A stretch of 63,975 nt of DNA, filler included, from Lama guanicoe (GCA_013239625.1; 193 parts of 193 records of this genome joined end to end with filler, not necessarily neighbours in it), one strand, 5' to 3'; shown: positions 13,488 to 26,892, numbered from the whole stretch's first letter. The notes: a model not told the origin generated them from the letters alone. Translations and numbers: made by a program.

Positions 13488-15997
13488 TGGAGAGGAATTC
13501 AACACCTGAGTTNNNNNNNNNNNNNNNNNNNNNNNNNNNNNNNNNNNNNNNNNNNNTTAATTAATTAANNNNNNNNNNNNNNNNNNNNNNNNNNNNNNNN
13601 NNNNNNNNNNNNTTTTGATCTTAAACTTAGTTTGACACTGACACTTTGTTTTTGTTTTTCTATTCTAGTTGACAGCACTAAGAATTGATGAAAACTTTTT
13701 TTTTCCCCAAACTCAATCCTCCCTAGAGAATCTGGGATGACTGCCAATTACAGAAATGGAGGAGTGGGAGGTGATTTTTAAATATGAAGTTATATCTCTC
13801 ATTTTTGTGTCCTGAAGTGTTTCATTAACCACATGATCAGAAAANNNNNNNNNNNNNNNNNNNNNNNNNNNNNNNNNNNNNNNNNNNNTTAATTAATTAA
13901 NNNNNNNNNNNNNNNNNNNNNNNNNNNNNNNNNNNNNNNNNNNNAAGGCCCACATAGATTAAGTCCCTCCTCATGTCCCAGAGGACTGGTGGGAGTGACA
14001 TGTGAGTGGACGTCTGCCCAGCTCAAAAGCTCATCTTCCATAATGCCACAATTCTGCTTTTCATCATTTTTGGAGGATTCGCCATATACTGAAAGCATAA
14101 CTTCCTAGAATCCATGTATTTTTCAATGGTACTGAATTTGCATCCAGGGAACCCATTTCTTGTATTGAGAAAAATGNNNNNNNNNNNNNNNNNNNNNNNN
14201 NNNNNNNNNNNNNNNNNNNNTTAATTAATTAANNNNNNNNNNNNNNNNNNNNNNNNNNNNNNNNNNNNNNNNNNNNAAAATTTCAAAAATGAGTCAGCTA
14301 CAGTGAAGGAAAGACAAAGGAGGGGGGGAAAGCCCACAAAAACCCAGCAGAAAAACTTCGTGTAAAGTGTTTTATTTCCAATTGTTTTCAATGCCTGACT
14401 GATGAGAGGGCCTAGGAGGAGACTGGAGTGTCTCCCCTTGGCAGAACTAATTGTTTCCTTTATCACAATAATCAAATGCAGCCATATTAATCTCTCTGGT
14501 TATTAACTNNNNNNNNNNNNNNNNNNNNNNNNNNNNNNNNNNNNNNNNNNNNTTAATTAATTAANNNNNNNNNNNNNNNNNNNNNNNNNNNNNNNNNNNN
14601 NNNNNNNNGGAACAAGGCTCAGGACCCGACCATGGTGACTGAGTTCTGAGGCTGGGGCTGCAGGGGTGCAGGAGAAAGGGCCGTCCCTCAGACTCCCCTG
14701 GAGGCAGGTCTCATGTGCCAGTCCCTCTGGGGACTTAGGACAGGGAGAAGGCCAGATCCAGCCTCTGCCCTCAGGAGCTCAGCCCTGGGTCCCGTTCAGT
14801 GCAGGCCCCAGCTGGGGAGTGAGGAAGATGCTGGCTCCCCNNNNNNNNNNNNNNNNNNNNNNNNNNNNNNNNNNNNNNNNNNNNTTAATTAATTAANNNN
14901 NNNNNNNNNNNNNNNNNNNNNNNNNNNNNNNNNNNNNNNNGAAGGGTGTCATTTTATGAGTGTACTCTGAAGGGTCAGGACATAGCCCATGTCTTCTCTG
15001 AGACCCCTCTCCTTTCTTCAGTGTCTTATTATCTTTCCTCCCACCTCCTTCGAAGTGATGGTGCGACACTGTGTTTTCATTTTTGTTTTAATGAAATACG
15101 AAAACCAGGCTGGAAGTCACACGGGGCAATCTTTAGAAAGGACTGATTGCTCTTGGGTAAGAATCTGAGTGGNNNNNNNNNNNNNNNNNNNNNNNNNNNN
15201 NNNNNNNNNNNNNNNNTTAATTAATTAANNNNNNNNNNNNNNNNNNNNNNNNNNNNNNNNNNNNNNNNNNNNGACCGGCCCACAGCACAGAGCCCAGGGG
15301 AGGGCCTGCTGTTTGGTTACATTAGTAGGGACATGCCCTAACCGCAGCCTACGAAGCAGGAAAAATTGGGGGACTGTCCATTAAGCTCCTGTTCTGCCCT
15401 ATTGAGTGTTTAAGTCAGCAGAATAATTAAGGTTCCTCTTTTGCTAGAAAATTTGATTTACAACTTGACTTCAGCTAATGTGTGACAAAATAAAGCCAAA
15501 TAATNNNNNNNNNNNNNNNNNNNNNNNNNNNNNNNNNNNNNNNNNNNNTTAATTAATTAANNNNNNNNNNNNNNNNNNNNNNNNNNNNNNNNNNNNNNNN
15601 NNNNCCGTCTTTCACGGTTTGCATGTATTTAAAACGCAACTCCTCACAAATCCATCTGAAAATGGGCTGTCCATAGATTCTAGGTGGATAAAGAAGATGC
15701 TGTTAGTAGAATTTACTAGTTATTTATTTATTTGTTTGTTTGTTTATTTATCTATCTATTTTGGGTTATTAGAAAAGATTACAGGGCATTTGTTAAGATC
15801 TCACACTTTGGATGAGAAGTCTTAGATTTGAATGCTNNNNNNNNNNNNNNNNNNNNNNNNNNNNNNNNNNNNNNNNNNNNTTAATTAATTAANNNNNNNN
15901 NNNNNNNNNNNNNNNNNNNNNNNNNNNNNNNNNNNNAGTGAATGATACTGGGGTAGGAATCTAGCAAGCAGTAAGTCATGATGGTTTTGTTATTGCG

Positions 15998-16122
15998 TTC
16001 ATTCATTCATTCACTCGTGTACTCAACAAGAAGTCCTGATCCCCTGCTGTACACCAGGCACTGTTCTAGACACTGGACGTTCACAGCAGTGATCAAGGCA
16101 AAGTCCTCGCTCTGAAGGAACA
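15998..16122 (-). mobile_element. LINE-2 3' end
   Basis: (ttca)n tail followed by ccaggcactgttctagacactgg...cagcagtgatcaaggcaaagtcc. Confidence 0.75.
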
Positions 16123-16601
16123 TTGTGGGAGCCCATGATTGGGTTAACAAATTGTAACAGACCCCAGCNNNNNNNNNNNNNNNNNNNNNNNNNNNNNNNN
16201 NNNNNNNNNNNNTTAATTAATTAANNNNNNNNNNNNNNNNNNNNNNNNNNNNNNNNNNNNNNNNNNNNATCATTTTGAAGACAATCCTACATAGCTTAAC
16301 CTCTCATTAGTGAAATGTCAAGATCTCTTTAAACACAATTGAAATAGTCCTTTCTTTTAGGGTCACAAAATAATTCCCTGATTATCCAAAAATATATTTT
16401 TAAGTAATTTTTGGACTGCAATCAGGATATAGACTAGGTTCAGACATTGCTGCTAGCATATCTCTCAAGTGGGTTCTAATCTATAATTTTCCTGTTTCTC
16501 NNNNNNNNNNNNNNNNNNNNNNNNNNNNNNNNNNNNNNNNNNNNTTAATTAATTAANNNNNNNNNNNNNNNNNNNNNNNNNNNNNNNNNNNNNNNNNNNN
16601 G

Positions 16602-16644
16602 GTGTGGTCGGCCCCCAGCGACCCCCTGGAGCTCCTGGTCTCAG
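16602..16644 (+). CDS. 3' end of an Ig-domain exon of a LILR-family (leukocyte receptor complex) gene
   Basis: VWSAPSDPLELLVS(G) followed by a phase-1 donor G|gtgag. WS.PSDPLEL.V.G is the LILR/KIR-type Ig-domain terminus. Confidence 0.88.
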
Positions 16645-17356
16645 GTGAGAAGTTCCATCCTGGCCCCATATGCTTTTTGAGACACAAGTAAGGTTACTGG
16701 GGTCTTTGCTCAGAGGAAGCCCCATGTGAGAGGGTGGTGGGAGGGGAGTACAGGGCTCCTGGACCAGAGACACAGAGTATGAGACACAGTGAGACCTGGG
16801 GGCCAGGATGGGAGGAGAGGGTTTATGGGAGGNNNNNNNNNNNNNNNNNNNNNNNNNNNNNNNNNNNNNNNNNNNNTTAATTAATTAANNNNNNNNNNNN
16901 NNNNNNNNNNNNNNNNNNNNNNNNNNNNNNNNCCCAAGGAAGCTTTGAACTACTACAGTAGTTAGTAAAATGATTGCTCTATTATTAATACTTTTAAGCT
17001 CATTTAGAAAACAGGAAAAAAATATCAGTCTAGCCAGCTGGATGTTCTAATAATATAGTTGTTAGGTGGTAGGAATCTGATAATGGAGAAGGGGGCAGAA
17101 TGAACGAATCAACATTTTTTTTTTTAAAGAAGAAAACCAAGACTTGATAACAGATAGGTATATTNNNNNNNNNNNNNNNNNNNNNNNNNNNNNNNNNNNN
17201 NNNNNNNNTTAATTAATTAANNNNNNNNNNNNNNNNNNNNNNNNNNNNNNNNNNNNNNNNNNNNTGAGGACCCCTCTAGCTGTGAGTTTTGGTCTTAAAA
17301 CAAATTCTATGTATGCGGTGTTATCCAGAATGCAAAGTCTGAGTGCACAGTACCCA

Positions 17357-17496
17357 GACTATCCTTACACTTGAGAGCAATGACAAATTTGGAGGATGCC
17401 TCAAAGCACCCTCTGGTTGGAGAATTCCTGAGAAGGATGCACAGAACTCCCTGACAGCTGGCACACTCTCAGGTCAGGTTTACTACAGGGAAGGAT
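17357..17496. mobile_element. MER21-like LTR fragment
   Basis: caccctctggttggagaattcctgagaaggatgcacagaactc...ggtttactacagggaaggat resembles the recalled MER21 consensus. Confidence 0.5.
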
Positions 17497-19256
17497 NNNN
17501 NNNNNNNNNNNNNNNNNNNNNNNNNNNNNNNNNNNNNNNNTTAATTAATTAANNNNNNNNNNNNNNNNNNNNNNNNNNNNNNNNNNNNNNNNNNNNTCGG
17601 GTGAGGCCCCGGACAGGGAAGGTCATTTCTGCAGGGAGGTGACGGTGAAGCCTGACTAGAAAGGGAGTGGAGGGTGGCTTTCCTACCAAGGCGCTGCGGG
17701 GCTGACGCCATGTGTGCAGGTGCTCGGACACCCGAGCAGTTGGCCGAGGCCACACAAAGCCCTGTTCAGCCTCCCTGGCTGATTCCACCTCACCGGCATC
17801 TGAATCTGAGATGAATCAGAAGGCTGCCNNNNNNNNNNNNNNNNNNNNNNNNNNNNNNNNNNNNNNNNNNNNTTAATTAATTAANNNNNNNNNNNNNNNN
17901 NNNNNNNNNNNNNNNNNNNNNNNNNNNNAAAATGTGTGCTTCTCAAGCTTTATTTGATGTGATACTAATGCTTGTGTTTTGATTTTCCCCATGTAATTTG
18001 GTAGTAAACTTAATAAGCGGTGTCTAACACGAATGATAGTGAAAGGCCTGGGCTTAGATTGCAAGGCAGTGTGACTCTCTCTTCTACACAGTCACACACA
18101 CGGCAACATACAGACATAAATACAGGCCTCCCATTGTACAGGGGGCCATCTAGGCTGTTTNNNNNNNNNNNNNNNNNNNNNNNNNNNNNNNNNNNNNNNN
18201 NNNNTTAATTAATTAANNNNNNNNNNNNNNNNNNNNNNNNNNNNNNNNNNNNNNNNNNNNTTCCTTCCCAGGTCACTGCAAGACCAAGGTGTACAGGAAC
18301 TAGGAGCCAGCCTCTGCAGTCTTGGGCCTGGTCCTCTGGCTTCTAGTTACTTCCCACGGTTCCTTTCGCATTCGCAGATGGTTAAGAGGGAGTCAGAACC
18401 CAGTGACAATAATCATCTCCATTGAAAGGACACTCACTCTGTGGGCCGCCGGGCATTTTACGTCTATTATCCCTGCTCCACCTGCAGGGGGGNNNNNNNN
18501 NNNNNNNNNNNNNNNNNNNNNNNNNNNNNNNNNNNNTTAATTAATTAANNNNNNNNNNNNNNNNNNNNNNNNNNNNNNNNNNNNNNNNNNNNTGGGGTAC
18601 CAGGAATCTGCATTTTACAACTCCCCCCTCTTCTGATGCACATTCAGGTGTGAATGGTGGCATCAGGTTATGGGACAAGGTCATATAGCTTCCTCTGACT
18701 GGCAGGCAGTGGGGCAGACCCAAGAGGAGCTGGCCTTACTGTGTCCCTGGGCAAGCCACTCTCTCTGAGCCTAAACCCCCATCAGTCAAAGGAGATTAAG
18801 GCCTCCCAAGGGTCTTTCCTGCCANNNNNNNNNNNNNNNNNNNNNNNNNNNNNNNNNNNNNNNNNNNNTTAATTAATTAANNNNNNNNNNNNNNNNNNNN
18901 NNNNNNNNNNNNNNNNNNNNNNNNTGACTGTGTAGAAGGACACCTGCCCTCCAGTGTGAGGTGGTGGTTACATGCCCCCTGCATGTGGAACCCCTGATGC
19001 CCAGGACACGCCCACTGCATGTGAATTTGCCGTGTGACTCTCTTGTCCCTGGTGGCTGCTCCGCACATTGCTGGAGGCTCAGGGCGTCCTCTGTCCTGAT
19101 GCAGATACAGAACCACTGCTCAGGTGTGTCTCCCAAAGCAGGGATGGCGGGCCCCANNNNNNNNNNNNNNNNNNNNNNNNNNNNNNNNNNNNNNNNNNNN
19201 TTAATTAATTAANNNNNNNNNNNNNNNNNNNNNNNNNNNNNNNNNNNNNNNNNNNN

Positions 19257-19488
19257 CAGCTGAGAGACAAGAGGCGGAGGCCGTGATTGGGTTTGCCTTT
19301 GGAGCGTCCACTCCATAGGGATGGACTGGCAGGGAGCCTGGGGCAGGGGGCCTGGCGGGGTGCTGTCTGGTCACCAGTGGAGATGAAGGTGGCTGGGACC
19401 AGCTGGCACCCAGGGCTGGGGAGGAGGGCATGGATACTGTCCCGAGGCAGCAGGTGGAGTGATGGGACCTGGAGATTGCGGCACCACA
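19257..19488 (+). repeat. Copy A of a duplicated GC-rich sequence (copy B at 40836-41067)
   Basis: Colinear with 40836-41067 over 232 bp, about 16 substitutions by manual count, first 49 nt identical. Confidence 0.95.
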
Positions 19489-20628
19489 NNNNNNNNNNNN
19501 NNNNNNNNNNNNNNNNNNNNNNNNNNNNNNNNTTAATTAATTAANNNNNNNNNNNNNNNNNNNNNNNNNNNNNNNNNNNNNNNNNNNNCTGCTGTGAGAG
19601 GCCAGAATTCCATCATCAGACCCAGTGAAATTGCTCATGTAACTCAGAGGAAATCTTTTAAAATATATCAATTTATTTTAGAATAAAAACTGGTAAGCCA
19701 TTCAGCTCTAGGATTAAGCAAGAATTGTTTAGGGATGCCACATACATGATTCAGAAAAGAAATATCAAAATTTTGAACCCCATTAGTATCAATATCTTTT
19801 GTTTGCAAACTATGTAATGGNNNNNNNNNNNNNNNNNNNNNNNNNNNNNNNNNNNNNNNNNNNNTTAATTAATTAANNNNNNNNNNNNNNNNNNNNNNNN
19901 NNNNNNNNNNNNNNNNNNNNTATTCTGTTTTTAAGCATCGTCTGTAACAAGTACTTTTACATTTTCCAGCTAAGGAAACTGGAGATTAGAAAGCTGAAAT
20001 ATATTACTCATCATATGAGGCTAGTAAATGGCAAAGCTGGACTTTGAACACACCTGCGAGATCCGAAAGTCTGTATATGTTTTATTACTTTCTAATTCCG
20101 ACATACAACTTTTCTCCTTCGGGGCAACATCTCTGGGTATGTGTGAAAACCTNNNNNNNNNNNNNNNNNNNNNNNNNNNNNNNNNNNNNNNNNNNNTTAA
20201 TTAATTAANNNNNNNNNNNNNNNNNNNNNNNNNNNNNNNNNNNNNNNNNNNNTCGTAACAGATTGCCAATCTGTCTTAGTACTATTCCATTTTCTAAGTA
20301 GGTTAATAATACAGAGAGAAGAAATTACTAATTTGAGTAGGAAGAGTATCAGAACATCAAAGGGCAAGTAAACTTACAAGACTTTACAAACAGAAGCAGG
20401 GACCATGAACAAAGATAAACACAGCTTGAGCCTGCCCGAATGTTGACCTGCATCCTGTGTGTGGCAGGACGTGTTCAGACAACANNNNNNNNNNNNNNNN
20501 NNNNNNNNNNNNNNNNNNNNNNNNNNNNTTAATTAATTAANNNNNNNNNNNNNNNNNNNNNNNNNNNNNNNNNNNNNNNNNNNNTCTAAAACCACTGAAA
20601 TGTAAACTTAAAAAAAAAAAAGAAATTT

Positions 20629-20664
20629 GGCTCTGTTGTGCAATGGATAGTGCATTGGACTTCT
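20629..20664 (+). pseudogene. Retroposed 5' half of tRNA-Arg(TCT), tailless retropseudogene
   Basis: ggctctgttgtgcaatggatagtgcattggacttct is 33/36 identical to recalled GGCTCTGTGGCGCAATGGATAGCGCATTGGACTTCT, and two of the three changes are CpG decay. It is flanked by A-run+aaattt direct repeats. Confidence 0.85.
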
Positions 20665-20929
20665 TAAAAAAAAATTTTGACATCTAGACACCTTGTAGTG
20701 AAACTGAAGAATACTAAAAACACAGAGAAGTCCTTAAAAAGAGCCAGAAGGAAGACAGTTCACTACATTCAATAAAGTAGCTTCAAAAAGATGAACACTG
20801 GGAACAAGAAAAATTANNNNNNNNNNNNNNNNNNNNNNNNNNNNNNNNNNNNNNNNNNNNTTAATTAATTAANNNNNNNNNNNNNNNNNNNNNNNNNNNN
20901 NNNNNNNNNNNNNNNNCTTTTTCTTTTCC

Positions 20930-21148
20930 TTTTTTAAAAACTGAAGTATAGTCAGTTTACAATGTGTCAACTTCCAGTGTACATGTCTCAGCCATACATG
21001 TGCACACATGTATTCCTTTTCATATCCTTTTTCATTATAGGTCCCTACAAGTTATTGAATATAGTTCCCTGTGCTCTACAGCAGGACCTTGTTTGTCTAT
21101 TTATATACAGTGTGTGTATCTGCAGATCCCAAACTCCCAATTTATCCC
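20930..21148 (-). mobile_element. L1 3' UTR (cetartiodactyl-type)
   Basis: tgaagtatagtcagtttacaatgtgtca...gaatatagttccctgtgctctacagcaggaccttg...tcccaaactcccaatttatccc. Related to 26893, 34196 and 59428. Confidence 0.85.
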
Positions 21149-23029
21149 NNNNNNNNNNNNNNNNNNNNNNNNNNNNNNNNNNNNNNNNNNNNTTAATTAA
21201 TTAANNNNNNNNNNNNNNNNNNNNNNNNNNNNNNNNNNNNNNNNNNNNTCCAGTTGTATGCACACTACCCTCAAGTATCTTTTTACATTAGCAGATTGTC
21301 TTCTATTTATTTCATCACAACACCTAAGATTTCACTAAATTCATTAGTGATACCAACTATTCCAACATACAGTGTAAGGAGTTTAGTACCACTCAAATAT
21401 TAGTATAAATTGGTACCAATTGCTTTCCTCGTAACAAATAATAAAGGAGTAAAGGAATTCTGATAACAGTGTGAAGATATNNNNNNNNNNNNNNNNNNNN
21501 NNNNNNNNNNNNNNNNNNNNNNNNTTAATTAATTAANNNNNNNNNNNNNNNNNNNNNNNNNNNNNNNNNNNNNNNNNNNNTGAGTACTTCAAACTTCTCT
21601 CAGTTGCTGCTTCCTAGACCACCCTTCCTGTAGCCTCTATGCTCCGGCTCCCCTCCCAGACTGCCTGCCTGAGGGTTACCTTCACAGAGATCCTCCTGGG
21701 AGGATCCTTCACCATTAACCCTCTTCCCTGGATCCCTTGATGTCTATACTATAAGCCTCCCTACTTTTTTAATTTACTCTTTCATTTTAGTGGAGCATAT
21801 CCTTCAGTAGATNNNNNNNNNNNNNNNNNNNNNNNNNNNNNNNNNNNNNNNNNNNNTTAATTAATTAANNNNNNNNNNNNNNNNNNNNNNNNNNNNNNNN
21901 NNNNNNNNNNNNAAGACTAGGGTAATGAGGCTGCAACACAGGTTGGGATATCTTAAATAAATAGTATTTAGCAATGATGTTTTGAAAAGTTCATACACAG
22001 ATTAAAATAGCATTTTGTTTGACTTCTTGTCTATTACCTAAATATTCTTAAAATATAAGCACAATTTTGCATAATTTTGCTTTTATATCTAAATGTAACA
22101 AACATCTTCCCTTGGCTTATATTTAATTTCAAACTGTTTATTTTNNNNNNNNNNNNNNNNNNNNNNNNNNNNNNNNNNNNNNNNNNNNTTAATTAATTAA
22201 NNNNNNNNNNNNNNNNNNNNNNNNNNNNNNNNNNNNNNNNNNNNTTCAATTATCCCCCAAAACTGCTCTTTGATTTGTCCTGTAATTGCAATGCTTGCAG
22301 GTATTCTGTTGGAGTTAACTACATTTTACTAATTATATACATTTGGAATAATGCCTTTTGAAAGTGGTTGAAGTGAAACTATTTCAGAGACATGCTCAGG
22401 TCACTTGATTTAGGCTCATCTCACTGACATTTAATACTTTTATTCCTTTTCATGGAAATTACTTAAGAAAATTTTCNNNNNNNNNNNNNNNNNNNNNNNN
22501 NNNNNNNNNNNNNNNNNNNNTTAATTAATTAANNNNNNNNNNNNNNNNNNNNNNNNNNNNNNNNNNNNNNNNNNNNCCTCTGCTTTCCCTCAACAAAACC
22601 CTGTCTTCTTTCCTCTCCTCAACGCAGCCCCCGTCATGAGCATATTCATTCCTCTCACGTCCAGGGAAGCGGCCACTGCGGTCCTGTGGGCAGCGTGGAG
22701 TCGGCCTTTCCCGCCAGGACATTGCCCCAGGACCCGTGTCAAGCAGCAACACGCCTCAAAAGACTGAACAGAAACAGACCCGCAGACACAGCCAGCACTG
22801 TGATAGTTNNNNNNNNNNNNNNNNNNNNNNNNNNNNNNNNNNNNNNNNNNNNTTAATTAATTAANNNNNNNNNNNNNNNNNNNNNNNNNNNNNNNNNNNN
22901 NNNNNNNNCTGGATCGTGGGTGAGATGGAATACAGTGTCTATGGGTAAAGTGGAATAAGGTCAATGTCATTGCCCTCAAGTCGGGAGGCTAATGGAAAGA
23001 ACGCCAGAATGGGGATCAGAAGAGAAGAC

Positions 23030-23132
23030 CCCTTGTGCAGGCTCGACCACTTACTGGCCATGTGACCTTGGACAAGTCACCTTACCTCTCCGAGCTTCCC
23101 TTTCCTCCTCCATTAAAACCGTGATAATGAGT
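23030..23132 (+). mobile_element. MIR SINE core
   Basis: ccacttactggccatgtgaccttggacaagtcaccttacctctccgagc matches the MIR core. Confidence 0.8.
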
Positions 23133-23929
23133 CTGTCTTCNNNNNNNNNNNNNNNNNNNNNNNNNNNNNNNNNNNNNNNNNNNNTTAATTAATTAANNNN
23201 NNNNNNNNNNNNNNNNNNNNNNNNNNNNNNNNNNNNNNNNGCCCACGACTGAGTGCCAAGGGCCCAGCCGGCTGGGAGGGCCCGCCCGGGGCTGGGGCTG
23301 CCTTCCGCGAGAGGACGGTAGGGAAAGCGCTGGTTTGTGGCGTTTGGACACCTTCGTCCCGCTCACGTGCATTCTGTCCCATCGGCGAGGAGCGGGGAGG
23401 CACGGGTATCTCTCCTCTAAGCGGCGCCCTTGCAGGACTATCCCAAATCTCAAAGAAGGAAAGCAGCCGGAGNNNNNNNNNNNNNNNNNNNNNNNNNNNN
23501 NNNNNNNNNNNNNNNNTTAATTAATTAANNNNNNNNNNNNNNNNNNNNNNNNNNNNNNNNNNNNNNNNNNNNTTGTTTCTAGCAAGATGACACATATGAA
23601 AATTATTTTAAGATGGTGAACGAGAGGTAGAGCCCCACTTAAAGCCCTGGGCTGTGTAGATTTCCACCTACATGGGAAATATGACCGAGAAAAATTAGTG
23701 CCTCTCCAACCTGGGAATGGAATATTTATCCTGGGAACTTCAGACTTACAGAGACGGAAAACACAAGTAATTACAAGGTTCATTTAGTAAAATATAGTAC
23801 CCAGNNNNNNNNNNNNNNNNNNNNNNNNNNNNNNNNNNNNNNNNNNNNTTAATTAATTAANNNNNNNNNNNNNNNNNNNNNNNNNNNNNNNNNNNNNNNN
23901 NNNNGAGTGGTCTGGAAGGACCTCATGGC

Positions 23930-24130
23930 AGGAAGAAAGTGAGGTGGTGCTGTGAGCACACGAGGGCAAGAGTGTTCTAGGCAAAGGAGAAGCCAGTGCG
24001 AAAGTTCTGCAGCAGGAATGTGCTTTCTAGGTTTGAAAACAAGCAAGAGTCAGACTGAGCGAGTGGGAAGAGGTGTAGGAGCTGACATCAGAGGGGCAGC
24101 CAGAGGGAGATCACGTGGGACCTTGAGAAT
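23930..24130 (-). mobile_element. LINE-2 fragment
   Basis: aagagtgttctaggcaaaggagaagccagtgcgaaagttctgcagcaggaatgtgc is typical antisense L2. Confidence 0.7.
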
Positions 24131-24236
24131 GAGAACNNNNNNNNNNNNNNNNNNNNNNNNNNNNNNNNNNNNNNNNNNNNTTAATTAATTAANNNNNNNN
24201 NNNNNNNNNNNNNNNNNNNNNNNNNNNNNNNNNNNN

Positions 24237-24366
24237 TGTTAATTAACTTGATTGTGGTAATAATGGTAATAATTTCTCAATATATACATATGTCAGGTCA
24301 TCTCACTGTATAACTTAAATAGATACAATTTTTATTTGTCAATTATACCTTGGTACAGCTAGAAAA
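24237..24366 (+). mobile_element. L1MA-type 3' terminus
   Basis: aattaacttgattgtggtaat...tacaatttttatttgtcaattatacct...agctagaaaa. Confidence 0.75.
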
Positions 24367-26228
24367 CATTATTTAGCTCTTTGAGAAAAAAGTATAAATA
24401 TTAATCAGGGTTGGAGAATTTATTTTTTGTCATCGTGAATTTGGATCTGACTAGTTCATCAGGAAGATNNNNNNNNNNNNNNNNNNNNNNNNNNNNNNNN
24501 NNNNNNNNNNNNTTAATTAATTAANNNNNNNNNNNNNNNNNNNNNNNNNNNNNNNNNNNNNNNNNNNNTACAAACCAGCACTAGGAAACAGACAGAGAAA
24601 GCAGAGTAAGTGATTCTCCTTCAACCCATTCTTTAAGTGCTGTATCAACAAACGTCTCTCCACATGCTAAATTCTCAGAGATATGTGTTTATTAAAGCCG
24701 TCCTTCACCTAGCTTGAAGGAACACAAAGTCACTTTTCAGTTGCTAACACCACTACATACGTAAAGCAGGGTTGGTAAAAGCTCCAACACTTTTTGACAG
24801 NNNNNNNNNNNNNNNNNNNNNNNNNNNNNNNNNNNNNNNNNNNNTTAATTAATTAANNNNNNNNNNNNNNNNNNNNNNNNNNNNNNNNNNNNNNNNNNNN
24901 CTCTGCACCCCAGCAATTCCCAGCTCTCCACACTTCGCAGGAGACTGAATGCTCAGTCAAGCTGTGTGAAAGCATCACACCATTTACGGCGGTCTTTTTT
25001 TACACTAGGAAGGAACACTAGGGTGGCTGCTGGTAAATGGAGAAGTTGAATTTCCATGGGTTCAGAGGCAAGAAATTACTCACCAGATTTAAAATAGATA
25101 TTCCTTTCAATCCAGAAACTTTACTTCCAGAANNNNNNNNNNNNNNNNNNNNNNNNNNNNNNNNNNNNNNNNNNNNTTAATTAATTAANNNNNNNNNNNN
25201 NNNNNNNNNNNNNNNNNNNNNNNNNNNNNNNNGGTGTCATAGGGTGGGGCTCACAGACCTCTTGGCTGGAAGCCAGTCAGGCGGCTGGAGGGTCAAGGGC
25301 TGCACCCTGAGCTCATGTTCACATCTCATCAGCACAGGTGGCCCCATGGACATTCTGAACCCCAAAAGTGAGTGCCTGTTCAAGCCCAAAGCCTTTCGCC
25401 TGGGTTCCTGAGATGGCTCGAGGGACCTGAGAAGTATCCAGCCCACCTCCTGTACGGCAGGACTNNNNNNNNNNNNNNNNNNNNNNNNNNNNNNNNNNNN
25501 NNNNNNNNTTAATTAATTAANNNNNNNNNNNNNNNNNNNNNNNNNNNNNNNNNNNNNNNNNNNNGGATATGATGGGATGGGAAAGGAGCAACTTTGAGGG
25601 GCTCCTCCTGAATCATTCATTGACTAATTTTTTTACCTAACTTCTGAAATGAACTGGTGGGAGCTTTTATTAAAATCCTCTAGTAAAACAGAGTTGTATG
25701 TAATAGGGCCCTTACACTGAAAATGAATGATTTAATGAAGAAAGGACGATGTACCAGAATACGGTTGGCCTCCATGTCCATGGGTTCTGCATCCACNNNN
25801 NNNNNNNNNNNNNNNNNNNNNNNNNNNNNNNNNNNNNNNNTTAATTAATTAANNNNNNNNNNNNNNNNNNNNNNNNNNNNNNNNNNNNNNNNNNNNATCC
25901 CCAAGGCTCAGAGGAGTGCACAGCAGCCATTTGGCCAATGGAAATGAGAGAAACTGGCACAAAGTTTCCCTGCGATCCCCAGCCCTAGAGGCAAGTGAGC
26001 AGGGATGGGCCAGGACTGGCTGCCTGAGCCAGATGGAGGCTGGGGCTGACTAAGCAGAGGAAGCATCAGAGGGCTGGAGTGTGCTGTGGGCCGTGGCTGG
26101 GAGTGCATACAGAACAGGATAGCCTAGGNNNNNNNNNNNNNNNNNNNNNNNNNNNNNNNNNNNNNNNNNNNNTTAATTAATTAANNNNNNNNNNNNNNNN
26201 NNNNNNNNNNNNNNNNNNNNNNNNNNNN

Positions 26229-26460
26229 TCACTTTATAGTAAGTCTTAAAATAAGATTTTCTTCTTTTCAAAAATATTTTTGCTATTCTAGTTATTATCA
26301 TTTTCTGTATAGAGTTTAAAATTAATGTGTCAGTATACACAATAGGTAATACTGGGGTTTTTATTGAAATTGGGTTAAATCTATAGTTTTTTTGTTTCAA
26401 AGAATTGATACTTTAACTCTATTGAGTCTTTCAATCCATGAGCATGATCTATCTTTCCAT
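26229..26460 (-). mobile_element. Decayed L1 ORF2 fragment
   Basis: Minus-strand peptide YRFNPISIKTP...IAKIFLKRR...FKTYYKV resembles L1 ORF2p YRFNAIPIKIP...DFKLYYKA. Confidence 0.75.
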
Positions 26461-26892
26461 NNNNNNNNNNNNNNNNNNNNNNNNNNNNNNNNNNNNNNNN
26501 NNNNTTAATTAATTAANNNNNNNNNNNNNNNNNNNNNNNNNNNNNNNNNNNNNNNNNNNNCCTCACTGATGGCCAGCCTCCAGAAAAAAAGCAAACTTCT
26601 CTTTTACCAGTATGTGCCTCCCTTTGTATTGGCTTTCCATGGCAAGCAGCCAGACCTCTGTTTCGGTAACACCTCCTCTTCACTTTATAATTCTTTAATT
26701 GTTATACTTCTATTGTTACATTCTGGGACTATAATTTTTTACTGCACATTTGTCTCTCCCCAGACTCTGGCTTTTTTAGGTCAGAGACTCTTNNNNNNNN
26801 NNNNNNNNNNNNNNNNNNNNNNNNNNNNNNNNNNNNTTAATTAATTAANNNNNNNNNNNNNNNNNNNNNNNNNNNNNNNNNNNNNNNNNNNN

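Noticed and set aside
9961..20664. Retron- or DGR-like system made of the RT plus tRNA-like RNAs and repeats
   Set aside because: The RT is a retroviral pol fragment and the tRNA-like pieces are a SINE and a retropseudogene. They sit on unrelated contigs, so proximity is meaningless.
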